The notes below the pieces were generated by a model that saw only the letters and a program-made list of their open reading frames with translations, was not told the DNA's origin and did not search any database. DNA of 64,000 nt from Candidatus Woesearchaeota archaeon (GTDB lineage Archaea; Nanobdellota; Nanobdellia; Woesearchaeales; 21-14-0-10-32-9): contig JBLKOK010000002.1 of assembly GCA_047602735.1 (NCBI GenBank), positions 20,280-84,279 on the forward strand, given 5' to 3'. The position numbers and the translations under genes are program-made. Shown piece by piece: positions 9,806-20,646 of the stretch (position 1 is its first letter; every line of letters starts with the position of its first letter).

Positions 9806-10761
9806 ATTAGCCTCCTATACGCTGTGTTTATTAGTATCCAGTCTACAAATAACAATAATAATGCAAGTACTAAAGAGTAAAATGCTACGTTGTAATCAAG
9901 CATTCTTTGGCTTGATGAAAAAACTAAGCTTTGGAGTGCTGCATCTATTTCTTCTTTTGTGACAGCTACGTATGCCTGACCGTTTGTTTGAGAGGATATA
10001 TATTGAGCGGTTTCTTGATTAACAACGCTTGTAAGCTCATAATATTCTTGTAAGAATCCCGCAGGTCCAGAGTCTGTTCCTATTGTTATTGTGTGTATTA
10101 TTACTTGGTTGTCTCTTGCATATTTTACTGCTTCAACTATAGGGTCTGCTATAAATCCACCTACGTTTGAAACTCCATCTGTAAGCATAATTATGGTTCT
10201 GCCACTATCAGGATCTGATAGTAATAGGTTCGTCGAAGTTACTATAGCATTACTTATGTCTGTTCCTCCAAGAGGTAATGTGTTTGCTTGAGATAATGCT
10301 AATTGCACATCTAGCCTATTTGATGTTAGTGGCTGGTTTACAAATGTGGTTCCTCCAAAAGTAATTAATGCTAAGTTTGTTCTTTCACTAAAACTTAAAA
10401 TAAAACTAGAAAGGCTTTCTTTTGATGCACTAAATCTGTTTGGCGATATATCTCCTGCAGTCATACTAGGACTTCCATCTAAAGCTAACACTATATTTGT
10501 GTCTAATCCTTCTCCTAAGAACCATAGTTGTGTTCCAGTTACTGCGACTACCAAAAAAAATATTATTAGTACTCTTAAAACAAGGTGAGTTAAGTTTTTT
10601 GTTATAAGGTTTTCTCCACTAATTCTTTTAAGAGTTTCATAATTTGCAAACTTTATAGCTTTCGCCTTGCTTTTTTTGAAAAAGTAAAAATGACTTATAA
10701 TTAATAACGGTATTAAAAATAAAAACCATAAATACATCGGGTTTTGAAATGTTAAATACAT
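9802..10761 (-). CDS. BatA-like vWA-domain membrane protein
   Basis: N-terminal FQNPMYLW BatA motif, MIDAS DGSPSM, GGTDI, LTDG, C-terminal TM. Confidence 0.88.
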   Translation of the reverse strand: MYLTFQNPMYLWFLFLIPLLIISHFYFFKKSKAKAIKFANYETLKRISGENLITKNLTHLVLRVLIIFFLVVAVTGTQLWFLGEGLDTNIVLALDGSPSMTAGDISPNRFSASKESLSSFILSFSERTNLALITFGGTTFVNQPLTSNRLDVQLALSQANTLPLGGTDISNAIVTSTNLLLSDPDSGRTIIMLTDGVSNVGGFIADPIVEAVKYARDNQVIIHTITIGTDSGPAGFLQEYYELTSVVNQETAQYISSQTNGQAYVAVTKEEIDAALQSLVFSSSQRMLDYNVAFYSLVLALLLLFVDWILINTAYRRLI

Positions 10762-10763
10762 GT

Positions 10764-11660
10764 TTATTCAGTCCTCTTTGCTCTTCTATTGAAAAATTTC
10801 ACTATTTCATCAACAGGGTCTTGATCGGTTCTTAAAACTAAACAATCTCCTTTTGATTTTCTAAGCGATATCTCTATGAATTTTATTCTTTTTAAGTTTT
10901 CTTCCTTATACCTTTTTTTTAATTGATTTGTTGATATTATTAAGTTGTCTTTGTCATATGGATTTTTTAAAACTAATCTTCCGTTCAAAGAAGGAAGTTC
11001 TAAATCTACCGGGTCAAGTATCATTATGTTTATAACTTCAAATCTGGAGCCTAACATTTTTATATATGTTTCCCAGTTTTCTTGTATCCCGAACATATCA
11101 GATACTAACATTATAACTGCTCTTTCTTTTAATAAAGATTTTGTTAGTAATAATGCTTTTTTTAAATCAAATCCTCCACCGTAATTTTTACCGTTTAAAA
11201 TATTTTTTTGCATGTTGTTTAATATTTGTTGTCCCATACCCGGGTACACAGTATTTATTATATTATCATTAAACATAGACATACCTACTTCATCTCCTGA
11301 TTTAAGCATAGCGTCGGCTAAAACATATATTGTTTCTGCAGCATATTCACATTTTAATTTAGAAGTACTACTAAAAAGCATAGAATCACTTACATCAAAT
11401 AAAAAAAAGATTGTTGTGTTACGATATTCTTCAAATTCACGTATTAATACATCATTTGCTCTTTTTGAAGCTCTCCAATCTATTAATTTAGCATCATCTC
11501 CAAAAACATAGTTCCTAAATCCAGCAAACTCTATACCTCTTCCTTTAAACGCAGTACTCATTTCACCTTCTAAGCTTTTTGATAAAACCGATCTTCTTGC
11601 ATAAACATCTAATTTACGAAGTTCTGGTTTTATGTCAATTCTTAGATCTTTTATAGCCAT
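10764..11660 (-). CDS. DUF58 family protein
   Basis: GRGIEFAGFRNYVFGDDAKLIDWRAS, DVSDSM. Confidence 0.92.
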   Translation of the reverse strand: MAIKDLRIDIKPELRKLDVYARRSVLSKSLEGEMSTAFKGRGIEFAGFRNYVFGDDAKLIDWRASKRANDVLIREFEEYRNTTIFFLFDVSDSMLFSSTSKLKCEYAAETIYVLADAMLKSGDEVGMSMFNDNIINTVYPGMGQQILNNMQKNILNGKNYGGGFDLKKALLLTKSLLKERAVIMLVSDMFGIQENWETYIKMLGSRFEVINIMILDPVDLELPSLNGRLVLKNPYDKDNLIISTNQLKKRYKEENLKRIKFIEISLRKSKGDCLVLRTDQDPVDEIVKFFNRRAKRTE

Positions 11661-11663
11661 TGT

Positions 11664-12734
11664 CTAAATTATTTTTACTTTTGAAAGAATCTCATCTATC
11701 ACAGTTTCAGAACTTATACCTTCAGCTTCGCCTTCAAAATTTATAACTATCCTGTGTCTTAACACATTTTTAGCCACATCCTTTACATCCGCAGGCGTTA
11801 CTTGTATCCTATTTCTAATTAAAGCTTTAGCTTTGCTTGCTACAAAAAGACCTATGCTTGCCCTTGGACTTGCTCCAAAAGAAACATATTTTGCATTTTC
11901 TAAACCATATTTTTCTGGATGCCTGGTAGCATCTACTATTCTAACAATGTATTCTTTCATCTTTGTATCTGTTCTTATTTGTTTTACAAGATTTTGTGCT
12001 TCTATTATTTGATCTGTGTTTAATATTGGTTGAACGTTATAATCTTCAAATTTCTTAGTAGTCATATTTGTATCTAAAATTAATATTTCTTCTTTAGTTT
12101 TTGGATAGTCCATTATTACTTTGTATAAAAAACGATCAAGTTGAGCTTCAGGCAATTTATATGTACCTAATTGCTCTAATGGGTTTTGAGTTGCCATAAC
12201 AAAGAAAGGTTGTGGTAGATCATATGTCTCTTTACCTATTGTTACTTGTCTCTCCTGCATCGCCTCAAGTAACGCAGATTGTACTTTTGGCGGACTTCTA
12301 TTTATTTCGTCTCCTAAAACAAAGTTTGCAAATACAGGACCTTTAATTGTATAAAATCCTTTACCTTCTTCGTAAGTAGTTATACCAATTATATCAGTAG
12401 GTAATAAGTCCGGCGTGAATTGTATCCTTGAATAAGAACAACCAGTTATTTTAGATAATGCCCTAACAAGTAATGTTTTTCCAACTCCAGGTATACCTTC
12501 AAGTAATACATTTCCATTACACAAGAAGCACTCTATTAAGTTAGATACTACTTCGTCTTGTCCAACAAATACGTTAGATACTTCTTTTCTTATTTCTTCT
12601 AATTTTACTTGATATAATTGGACTTTTTGTTTTAAAGTATCATCATCATATTGAGGCATACTTACAACAACCTCTTTTTTTATTGAAGAAGTTTTATTTT
12701 GTTTTTTTTTAGAATTTGATATTTTTCCCACCAT
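11664..12734 (-). CDS. moxR: MoxR family AAA+ ATPase
   Basis: GIPGVGKT, RIQFTPDLLPTD, DEINRSPPKVQSALLEAMQE, ATQNP, LPEAQLDRF. Confidence 0.95.
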   Translation of the reverse strand: MVGKISNSKKKQNKTSSIKKEVVVSMPQYDDDTLKQKVQLYQVKLEEIRKEVSNVFVGQDEVVSNLIECFLCNGNVLLEGIPGVGKTLLVRALSKITGCSYSRIQFTPDLLPTDIIGITTYEEGKGFYTIKGPVFANFVLGDEINRSPPKVQSALLEAMQERQVTIGKETYDLPQPFFVMATQNPLEQLGTYKLPEAQLDRFLYKVIMDYPKTKEEILILDTNMTTKKFEDYNVQPILNTDQIIEAQNLVKQIRTDTKMKEYIVRIVDATRHPEKYGLENAKYVSFGASPRASIGLFVASKAKALIRNRIQVTPADVKDVAKNVLRHRIVINFEGEAEGISSETVIDEILSKVKII

Positions 12735-12852
12735 AATGATAATAATATATAAATTGCTTTATTAAATTATTGTTTTACTTTTAAATGATAACACGGAAAA
12801 ATAAAGTATAATGTAGAAAGGTTTAAATAGAGAATATGTAATTAAATTATGT

Positions 12853-13260
12853 ATGAAGGGTGAGCTAGTAGTTGAAAAACCAACTAAGAAAGATATTCTT
12901 AGAGATAGTTTAAAAAAAATAAATTATTATTTAACTAAAGCAGTTGTGACTGAAAAAGAAGTTTATGATGTATATAAGGCTTTTTTTAGTAAGTATTATG
13001 AGTTAAATTATGAGTTTTCTGCACAAGAACTTATTTTAGAACTTGATAAAATATACATAGAAGATAAAGTTAGACAGTATTATGAATACATAGCAAAAAA
13101 AATAAGTGTCATCGAATATAAAGATAATTCTTTGCCAGATAATGAATTAAAAGAAATCTTAGATTTATTAAAACAAGTAGTTGAATATTTAATAAAACAT
13201 GAGCCTAAACCAAAAAAAGATTTCTTAAAAAAAATAAAATCTTATTTCAAAAAAAAATAA
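12853..13260 (+). CDS. Hypothetical helical protein
   Basis: Clean ORF with an upstream TATA-like box. Resembles the cytoplasmic tail of 17162..18931. Confidence 0.7.
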   Translation: MKGELVVEKPTKKDILRDSLKKINYYLTKAVVTEKEVYDVYKAFFSKYYELNYEFSAQELILELDKIYIEDKVRQYYEYIAKKISVIEYKDNSLPDNELKEILDLLKQVVEYLIKHEPKPKKDFLKKIKSYFKKK

Positions 13261-13265
13261 CTATA

Positions 13266-16200
13266 TTATACTTCTTTTAACAATTTTTCTTTTACAGAAA
13301 GCATTACATATATACCAATAGTTAATATTGTCAATATAGCAACCCAAGTAATTATTTGTGTACTAAATTCATCAGAGAAATCATATGCTCTTCTAACTAA
13401 TCCAGGATTTTCTATTCTTAGCTCTTCTCCTCTAACCAAGGTTCTGCAGCCATTAATTATTATGTTTACTAAGTCTCCTGCTGCTTGAACTTCTCCTCTT
13501 TCAAGCATTTGTTGAGCTTCTGATAAGTAATCATTTAATTCTTGACATTCAGGGTTTTCTGCGAGTAAATCCCTTGCAAAAGTTACTCTAACTTGTCTAT
13601 CATCTCCTGCTCCAGATTGCTCTAAACCTGCTACCAATATACTTGCAGTATCTTTAAACTCTGGTTCTGCAACACTTACATTAACTCTTAATTCATAAGG
13701 TGCTTCTTCATCCCTAAAATTTTCAACAGTTAAAAGCGTGTACGCAGTTTGTCCAACCCCAAGTGATGCTATAAAATCTACTGTGAACGAATATGTCATC
13801 TCAGGGTGATCTGGCATAAGTGCAGATAAACTAATACCTCTTATTTCTTCAGTATAAGTGTTTTCTATTATTATTGGTAGTTCTATTGTTTGATTTGAAA
13901 ATAAACTTGCGTTTGATGGAAATAATATGTTTAATGGTTTTGGTACATCTACATCTTCTTGGAAAGGTATAGGTACTGGTCTTGGAGTTGATACCGGAAC
14001 GGGGTTTGGTGGTTCTGGTATGAAGTCAACAACCGTTATTGTTATTTCCTCGCTTGTTGCAACTTCTCCATTTGGATTTGTGGCAGTAAATCTTACATTA
14101 CAAACCCCTGTTGTTTGAGGTGCTAGAGTTAACATATCCCCTGAGTAACTAAAAGTTACGATTCCACAATTACCTGCATTTAAAACACCATAAGTTAGTG
14201 TTGTTGGTTCATTTTCTCCATTCCTTATCCCATCCATATTAAGGTCTTCGTCAGGAGTGTAAAATCTAACAGTAGAACCAGTTATCTCAGGATGTGGAGC
14301 ATAACTAAAATAGTCTGGAAGCTGAGTCGTTGAACTTATTTCTATATCTGGGAATCCATCAGGACAAGCAAAAGGAGGTCTTGGAAGTATATTTGTTGCA
14401 AATTGCCAATCAAACGTAGTAAAACTACCCCTACTATCAATTACCTTAACACTTACATTTCTAGTCATGGATAAGTTTATATTATCTTCAAAGGTATAAC
14501 TTGAGTTAACCCCTGGCGTGACATTAGTCAGGTTGGCAACAAGTATTCCATCTACGTACCATTCGAAGTTTGCGAAGTTGTCAGGGTCTGTATCATTATC
14601 CAATGTAATTTGTGCATCAAATACAAAAGGTTGATCGCTATGAGGTTCTTGAGTTACCAGTGCGTATTGACAACTTGAATGAAACTGAGTCGTGGTGTTA
14701 ATAAGAACAGACGGCTCTTCAAAAGTTTTATTGCCTTTTGGAGTAAATGCCGTAAAGTTTGTTATTTGTCCATCTACAAACGGTTTTATATGAGTTATTT
14801 CAGGCTCGGATGTTATTGGGAGAATTTCAAAAAAAACATTTTGTTCTTCAAAGGCACCTTGACTATCTGTTACTCTTATTAAAAAAGAGGCATTACCAAC
14901 CGTTTCTGGTGTGAATAATAGTCTTGCTTGAGTTTGAGTACCGTCAATTTTTATTATTTGAAGATTATTAATGTTTTGTGAAGGATCACTAACCATATAA
15001 GTTAGTTCTTCTGATCCAAATTCTGGAGGTATTAATAAGTCAAAGTCTTGAGCATAAATAGTTTTATTTACAGGCCTATTTACAACTATGTTTTCTAAAA
15101 CTATATCATAATTCAATAAAGTATTAGAGGGATGTACAAAGAAAGGAGCATCGTTTGTGTTAAGTATTGTGAAATTAAATATTTGATTACTTGATTGATT
15201 AAATGTTCCTTTTTCATCAGTTAAAGAAATGTTTATTGAGTGAAATCCTACTTGACTGTTTGCTTCAAATACAACAGATCTGGTCATGTTAATTGTGAAA
15301 TTAAAATAATTTATACCTGCAATAGTATTATTTTGTATTATTATATTTTGATATATACTAGTATTAAAATCAGTTAATGAATCTACATTAATAGATATGT
15401 TTTCGCCATCAAGTTCTATTCCTTGAAATTCTATTAAAATGGATTCGTTTTGATAATAATTAATATTAGCTAAAGACATATTTAATATAGGCGCGTTGTT
15501 TGATGTTATTTCAAGAGTCATTATTCTGCTATCATTATATTCTCCATCAGAAACAGTATAATTTATTTGCCAAGTGCCAATATATGAAGAGTTAAGTATT
15601 GTTACATTTATTAGTCCTGTGTTTGGATCAACAGGGAATCTTTCTGAGTCGTTTGAGTAATAGGTTAATGTTCCTGTTTGTAAAAAGTCATATGTTAATT
15701 GATCTGGATCTGTTGCGTTTAGTTGGTATATGAAGTTTCCAAGAACAAAACTAGATTGGTTTGACATATTCCCATTTATTCCTACTTCGTGTAAGGATGG
15801 AGGATCGTTGACATTTATTATATCTAAGAAGACGTTTCTTTCAAAAGATCTTGCTTGACCATCATATATTTCTATGTCTACATATCTGCATGCAACGTGA
15901 TCGTTTGTTAGCGTTGTGTTTATCATAAATGTTGCATTACTAGAGTTATCTATAACGACTATGTCATCTTGCCAAGGAAACATAGCAGCAGTACAATTGA
16001 ATTGATAGTCAGGGTCTTCAGGCAAGGTTATAAATAAGCTAAGTACATCATCTTGGTCAGGGTCAGATGCAGTTATTATAGCAGTATAATTTTGATTTTG
16101 TACCCCGCTTGGTAGCTCAGATAAGTTAGAAGTTATATTTGGAGGAAAATTCGTTGATGTTATTTCTAAATTAAAATCTATTGAACTAGGAGATCTTGAA

Positions 16201-17159
16201 CTATTTGATCCAAAGCTATCCGTTACATTTATTTGAATAGTCCAATTTCCTACAGCATCATTTGTTGGCATGCCTTCAAACGGACCTACAGTTGCAAAAA
16301 ATAATCTAGCAGTAGTATCGTTTATAACTTCAAGACTTAGAGATTCAGGTAGTGTGCTTACAAGAGTAAAATTTAATGGAAAATCTAATTCTTCATCAAC
16401 TCCTGTTATGTTAAGAGTCCATACATCATCTGCAGTTATTGTTACGTTGTCATATTCCCCAACAAATTCTGCTTGATCATTTACAGGTATTAAATCAAAT
16501 AATTTGACAGTACCAAAAGAGTTTCCTCCTGCTCTTTCTTCAAATTCTAACCTAAATGAAGTTATAGATTCAGGAGCAGGATCTTCAGTTCCTGCAACAT
16601 GAATATGTTGAGGCATACAACTAATTTCACCAGTAGTTGTACTTATTAAAGAACAAACACCTTCAGGGATTTGTTGATCTAATCTAAATGTTACAGATAA
16701 GTCGGATGGATCTGCAGAGTTTATAAATAAAGTTGTTATTTGATCTTCTGTTAAATTAAATTCATCAGGAATTATAGTTCCATTAGGATATGATAACCAT
16801 GGCGCAAAATGTGCTTGAGAAGAATTTTGAGAAACAGAGTCAGTTGCATTAGTTATTGTAACTTCACAAATCCACCTATTACCCCTACTAATTGAAGAAG
16901 AAAGAACAATTGTTTGATTATCAAAACCAGGTTCATAGTTTAAAAGTTCTGTATCTCCTTTAAACCATTTAATTGAATATGTATCAAACCCTGTAGCTTC
17001 CCATCCACAATTTAAAGATTGGTTTGTTAAATATGGTCTTTGATTATCGTTTAAAGCAGGGTTTTGAGTGAATTCTAGTGCAGAAACTGTGTGTATATTT
17101 AAGAGTATTATTAAAATTATTAATAATTGTTTCATATTCAAGTTATATGTTCTTTTCAT
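13266..17159 (-). CDS. Large membrane-anchored surface protein with cadherin/Ig-like repeats
   Basis: Signal peptide, repeated VND(P/A)P and ASDPD/ATDPD motifs, many N-x-S/T sequons, Pro-rich linker, C-terminal TM. Confidence 0.8.
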   Translation of the reverse strand: MKRTYNLNMKQLLIILIILLNIHTVSALEFTQNPALNDNQRPYLTNQSLNCGWEATGFDTYSIKWFKGDTELLNYEPGFDNQTIVLSSSISRGNRWICEVTITNATDSVSQNSSQAHFAPWLSYPNGTIIPDEFNLTEDQITTLFINSADPSDLSVTFRLDQQIPEGVCSLISTTTGEISCMPQHIHVAGTEDPAPESITSFRLEFEERAGGNSFGTVKLFDLIPVNDQAEFVGEYDNVTITADDVWTLNITGVDEELDFPLNFTLVSTLPESLSLEVINDTTARLFFATVGPFEGMPTNDAVGNWTIQINVTDSFGSNSSRSPSSIDFNLEITSTNFPPNITSNLSELPSGVQNQNYTAIITASDPDQDDVLSLFITLPEDPDYQFNCTAAMFPWQDDIVVIDNSSNATFMINTTLTNDHVACRYVDIEIYDGQARSFERNVFLDIINVNDPPSLHEVGINGNMSNQSSFVLGNFIYQLNATDPDQLTYDFLQTGTLTYYSNDSERFPVDPNTGLINVTILNSSYIGTWQINYTVSDGEYNDSRIMTLEITSNNAPILNMSLANINYYQNESILIEFQGIELDGENISINVDSLTDFNTSIYQNIIIQNNTIAGINYFNFTINMTRSVVFEANSQVGFHSINISLTDEKGTFNQSSNQIFNFTILNTNDAPFFVHPSNTLLNYDIVLENIVVNRPVNKTIYAQDFDLLIPPEFGSEELTYMVSDPSQNINNLQIIKIDGTQTQARLLFTPETVGNASFLIRVTDSQGAFEEQNVFFEILPITSEPEITHIKPFVDGQITNFTAFTPKGNKTFEEPSVLINTTTQFHSSCQYALVTQEPHSDQPFVFDAQITLDNDTDPDNFANFEWYVDGILVANLTNVTPGVNSSYTFEDNINLSMTRNVSVKVIDSRGSFTTFDWQFATNILPRPPFACPDGFPDIEISSTTQLPDYFSYAPHPEITGSTVRFYTPDEDLNMDGIRNGENEPTTLTYGVLNAGNCGIVTFSYSGDMLTLAPQTTGVCNVRFTATNPNGEVATSEEITITVVDFIPEPPNPVPVSTPRPVPIPFQEDVDVPKPLNILFPSNASLFSNQTIELPIIIENTYTEEIRGISLSALMPDHPEMTYSFTVDFIASLGVGQTAYTLLTVENFRDEEAPYELRVNVSVAEPEFKDTASILVAGLEQSGAGDDRQVRVTFARDLLAENPECQELNDYLSEAQQMLERGEVQAAGDLVNIIINGCRTLVRGEELRIENPGLVRRAYDFSDEFSTQIITWVAILTILTIGIYVMLSVKEKLLKEV

Positions 17160-17161
17160 TT

Positions 17162-18931
17162 TTATAAATCTTTACCTTTTTGAATCCACGAAACGACGTA
17201 GCTTATATGATAATATAGCTGAAATATCTCTGGTTGTAGAGATATTTTTTCTTTTTCTGATAAGTTTTCATATTCTTGAAGGGTTTTAATATAATTTTTT
17301 TTTGCTTGTTCTATTTCTAAGAATTGTAGAGCTACGTATGCATTATGAATCAAAGCAATAATTTTTTGTGATGAATCTCCTTTAATTATTAGTTCTACTA
17401 CTTTAAAATCAGCATCTTCTTTTGTAGTATTACTTGTTGAAAAAATATACGCTCTTAGTCCTTGTATTAGCATTCTTGTGTATTCTTGCGATAATAAAAG
17501 TTTATGTCTTTCTAATATAATTGTTCTGTTTAGTGCTCTGTTTAGTGCTTCTTTTAAATCTTTATGAACTAATTTTTCTATTTTTAAAGAAGCATCCTTT
17601 TTATTAAATTCTACAGGTATTTTGAATGCTAAAGAAAAGTAAGATCTGTATAGATTTATTATATCTTGAACTACTTGAGATGTTGTTAAATATTTTGGTT
17701 TTACATTTATGTTTAGCTCTATTTTTGCTATTTTTTTTAAAAGAGTTTTTTTATCTTTATCAGATAAAAGTAGTTCTTTTCTTCTTTTTTTTGTAAGATA
17801 CCACATAATTTTTGCATACATAGTTCTTATTTGTTTTCTAAATGTAAGATAAGTAGCACTTAATACTGCAGAAGTTAATAAACCTATAAGTATGTATGTT
17901 AAAAAAGAGTCTTGTTCTTCAAAAGGTCTTGCATCAGGGGTTTCTATTCTTATTTCTTCTTCTTGTTCTTCTAATTCTTCTTCTGGGCTTGGAGGCGTTG
18001 GAGGATCTTGAGGTTCTATGTATTCACATTCTTCCCAAAAAATTCTTTCTAATCTGTTTAAATCACACGCATTTATATCAAAACATTGTCTATATCTAGA
18101 TCCATTCTCTAAACAATTACTCCATCTTCTACATTGCCATTCAGGAGTACATGAAGGTGCTGCTGCACCAGATGCTCCTGAAGCACTAGATACCTCAGTA
18201 CATAATGATTTTAATTCAACCATATTGGAATCTACCGTTAGATTTCCAGGATCTTTAGCAGTAAAATAAACAAAACCATCTTGACAGTTTCCTGCAGGAT
18301 TTGTTATAGTAACAAGGCTGCTGTTTGCAATTGTTATTCTAAAGTTTCCAACGCTACTAAAAGTATATGTTAAGTTATCTCCATCAGGGTCATAGAAATG
18401 ATCGTTTAATACAAATACTTGACGAGCAACTCCAGGATCTAAACTTTGACTAGGTATTAATTTTTTTAATTCAGGAGGATCATTGATATCTAGTAATTCA
18501 AATTCCAAGTCAAAATAAATAGGTATTGGACACTGAGATAAGTCTTCTAAGAGAAATCCTATAGTGTTATTTCCAACAGCTGATTGATTGCCCGTTATAA
18601 AAAAACTTTGATTATCTTCTGCAAAATAAAAGACTAATCCATTTCTAAGTTCTACTACAGAAAGCATCATTCTAAATCCAAACGGGTGGGCTAGGTCTAA
18701 TGAACATTCTTGTGTCCAGTTTTCTAGAGAAGTACTTTGATTGAATGCTTGAGGACAATTAACTATTACTTCTCCAGGTCTGTTTATACATAAATAAGTA
18801 CTTCCGACTGCTACTTTTGCAACATATTCTGGTTGATTTGATATAAAATTAGCTGTATTTAGTACCCATATTGTTTGAAAAAGTATAACTGAGACTACTA
18901 AAAGAACAGTTATTGTTAAGTAATTCTTCAT
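17162..18931 (-). CDS. Surface protein with Ig-like and Cys-rich (TSP1-like) domains, TM and long cytoplasmic tail
   Basis: INDPP, FYDPDGD, CTPEWQCRRWSNC...RQCFDINAC, TM at about residue 345-362. Confidence 0.75.
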   Translation of the reverse strand: MKNYLTITVLLVVSVILFQTIWVLNTANFISNQPEYVAKVAVGSTYLCINRPGEVIVNCPQAFNQSTSLENWTQECSLDLAHPFGFRMMLSVVELRNGLVFYFAEDNQSFFITGNQSAVGNNTIGFLLEDLSQCPIPIYFDLEFELLDINDPPELKKLIPSQSLDPGVARQVFVLNDHFYDPDGDNLTYTFSSVGNFRITIANSSLVTITNPAGNCQDGFVYFTAKDPGNLTVDSNMVELKSLCTEVSSASGASGAAAPSCTPEWQCRRWSNCLENGSRYRQCFDINACDLNRLERIFWEECEYIEPQDPPTPPSPEEELEEQEEEIRIETPDARPFEEQDSFLTYILIGLLTSAVLSATYLTFRKQIRTMYAKIMWYLTKKRRKELLLSDKDKKTLLKKIAKIELNINVKPKYLTTSQVVQDIINLYRSYFSLAFKIPVEFNKKDASLKIEKLVHKDLKEALNRALNRTIILERHKLLLSQEYTRMLIQGLRAYIFSTSNTTKEDADFKVVELIIKGDSSQKIIALIHNAYVALQFLEIEQAKKNYIKTLQEYENLSEKEKISLQPEIFQLYYHISYVVSWIQKGKDL

Positions 18932-18969
18932 GACAATTTATTTGTCGTCATAAAGATATATAAATATTA

Positions 18970-19458
18970 CTATCTTGATATGTTTAATTGCACGTTTTGT
19001 TGTTGTTTTTGTGGTTCTTGAAATGGTATATCTTGACCACCTAATAGTTTTGTTATAAAGAAGTTGTTTCTTTTAAGATTATATATCCTTATTTTACCTT
19101 CGTAATATCCTAGTTCTTGGTATTTTGCAATTGCTAAGAAGTTTAATTGGTTTGATGATTCGTGTATATTTTCTAAATATATAAACTGAGATATATTACC
19201 CTCAATTTTTATTAATAATTCCCCATTATTTTGAGGTATGTTTATTGTTCTTTTAGAAGTTCCCTTATATCTTATTGTTCCAAAATGAAGTGCGTCATTA
19301 TCTAAATTAAATCCTACTTCTTGACCTATTATTAATGTTGTATCAAGTTCAACATAGTCATTTATAGATGACTGTACATAAAAAAGAGCAAATACACTAA
19401 TTAAAAATAAAGTCATAGATGTTAAGGCTATCAGTCCTAAAATTTTTATTTTATTCAT
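18970..19458 (-). CDS. Membrane-anchored hypothetical protein
   Basis: N-terminal TM, VGFNLDNDALHFGTI beta domain. Confidence 0.7.
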   Translation of the reverse strand: MNKIKILGLIALTSMTLFLISVFALFYVQSSINDYVELDTTLIIGQEVGFNLDNDALHFGTIRYKGTSKRTINIPQNNGELLIKIEGNISQFIYLENIHESSNQLNFLAIAKYQELGYYEGKIRIYNLKRNNFFITKLLGGQDIPFQEPQKQQQNVQLNISR

Positions 19459-20587
19459 TTTTAATGAACATGAAATAAATTATTAATGATGCTGCGATTA
19501 TAGCAATTATTAATAATACATATAATCCTATAATTAGCCAGTTTGTTGATTTTGTTTGACCTAAATCATCAGTTATCATTATAGGTTTTTTTTGTATTAG
19601 TTGAAGTGTGTTTCCTTCAAGGTCGTCAAAATTTATTGTTATTGTCGCGTCGTATTGTCCAAGAGCTAAGTTTTGGGCGTTAAAAAACCCATTTAGTCTT
19701 GCTTGAGAAGGATATCTTTGAAGCGAAATAGGATGAGTTGTAGCAGATAAATCATTTATTTTTAGTTCAGCACGTATATTTGTAAATTCTTGGTTCCATT
19801 CATTTCTAATTTCTATGAAAAATTCGTTTATTCTATTTTCTTTAAATCTTAGAGTATGACCTGTGATAGATAAATTTTTTTCTCCTATTTTAAACACTAT
19901 ATCTCTTTTTATTTGTTGATCATCATAAAAAAGTTCTTTTATTAAAGTATATGATCCTGGTCTCAAATCTTTCGTTGGTAACACATATTGATTATTATGT
20001 GTTTGGCCTGCCAAAATATTATTTTGAAGTAATTCATTTTCGTAAAGAGTATCTCCTTGAGGGTCCAATAATTGTATTCTCGTGTAATAGCTTATTTGTT
20101 CGTTCCCTTTATTAATTACGTTCCAAAGCGCATTAGCGTCTGTCCCTTCACCAATAATGCCCCCATCTATTCTAAGACCTGTAAGTTCTAAATATCTATT
20201 AGGATAAGGAAATTGAACTTCTAATCTTGATCTGACTCCTGATGTTACAGCTAGTAATCCTTCGCTTTCTACAACTTTTAATGCTTCGACTCGTATAGAA
20301 TTAACACCATAAAGTTCTACTCCGCTAGGAATGTTTAATTTAACTGTTATTGTTTGTACTTGTCCTTTTTCTAAGGTTACTTCTTGATGACTTAGAGTCG
20401 CATATTGAGATAATGGAGAATCTAATATTCTAAAAGCTACTTTGCCTTCTGCGTTTGATATTCTAAATGAGAATTCTAATTCTTTATTTGGTTCGTAATC
20501 AATGCTTGTGACTCCAGGACTTATACTTACTGCAATTACATTTGGTAAAGCTAATAAGATTATTAATAATACAAGTAGTTTTTTCAT
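19451..20587 (-). CDS. Secreted multi-Ig-domain protein with C-terminal TM (DUF916-like architecture)
   Basis: Signal peptide, VSISPG start, beta-sandwich pattern, C-terminal TM. Paralogue of 37758..38885. Confidence 0.7.
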   Translation of the reverse strand: MKKLLVLLIILLALPNVIAVSISPGVTSIDYEPNKELEFSFRISNAEGKVAFRILDSPLSQYATLSHQEVTLEKGQVQTITVKLNIPSGVELYGVNSIRVEALKVVESEGLLAVTSGVRSRLEVQFPYPNRYLELTGLRIDGGIIGEGTDANALWNVINKGNEQISYYTRIQLLDPQGDTLYENELLQNNILAGQTHNNQYVLPTKDLRPGSYTLIKELFYDDQQIKRDIVFKIGEKNLSITGHTLRFKENRINEFFIEIRNEWNQEFTNIRAELKINDLSATTHPISLQRYPSQARLNGFFNAQNLALGQYDATITINFDDLEGNTLQLIQKKPIMITDDLGQTKSTNWLIIGLYVLLIIAIIAASLIIYFMFIKNE

Positions 20588-20646
20588 TTTAATTTAAGTA
20601 ATTAAATTTTGAATAGTATTTAAAATTTGTGAAAAAAAAAAAAAAA

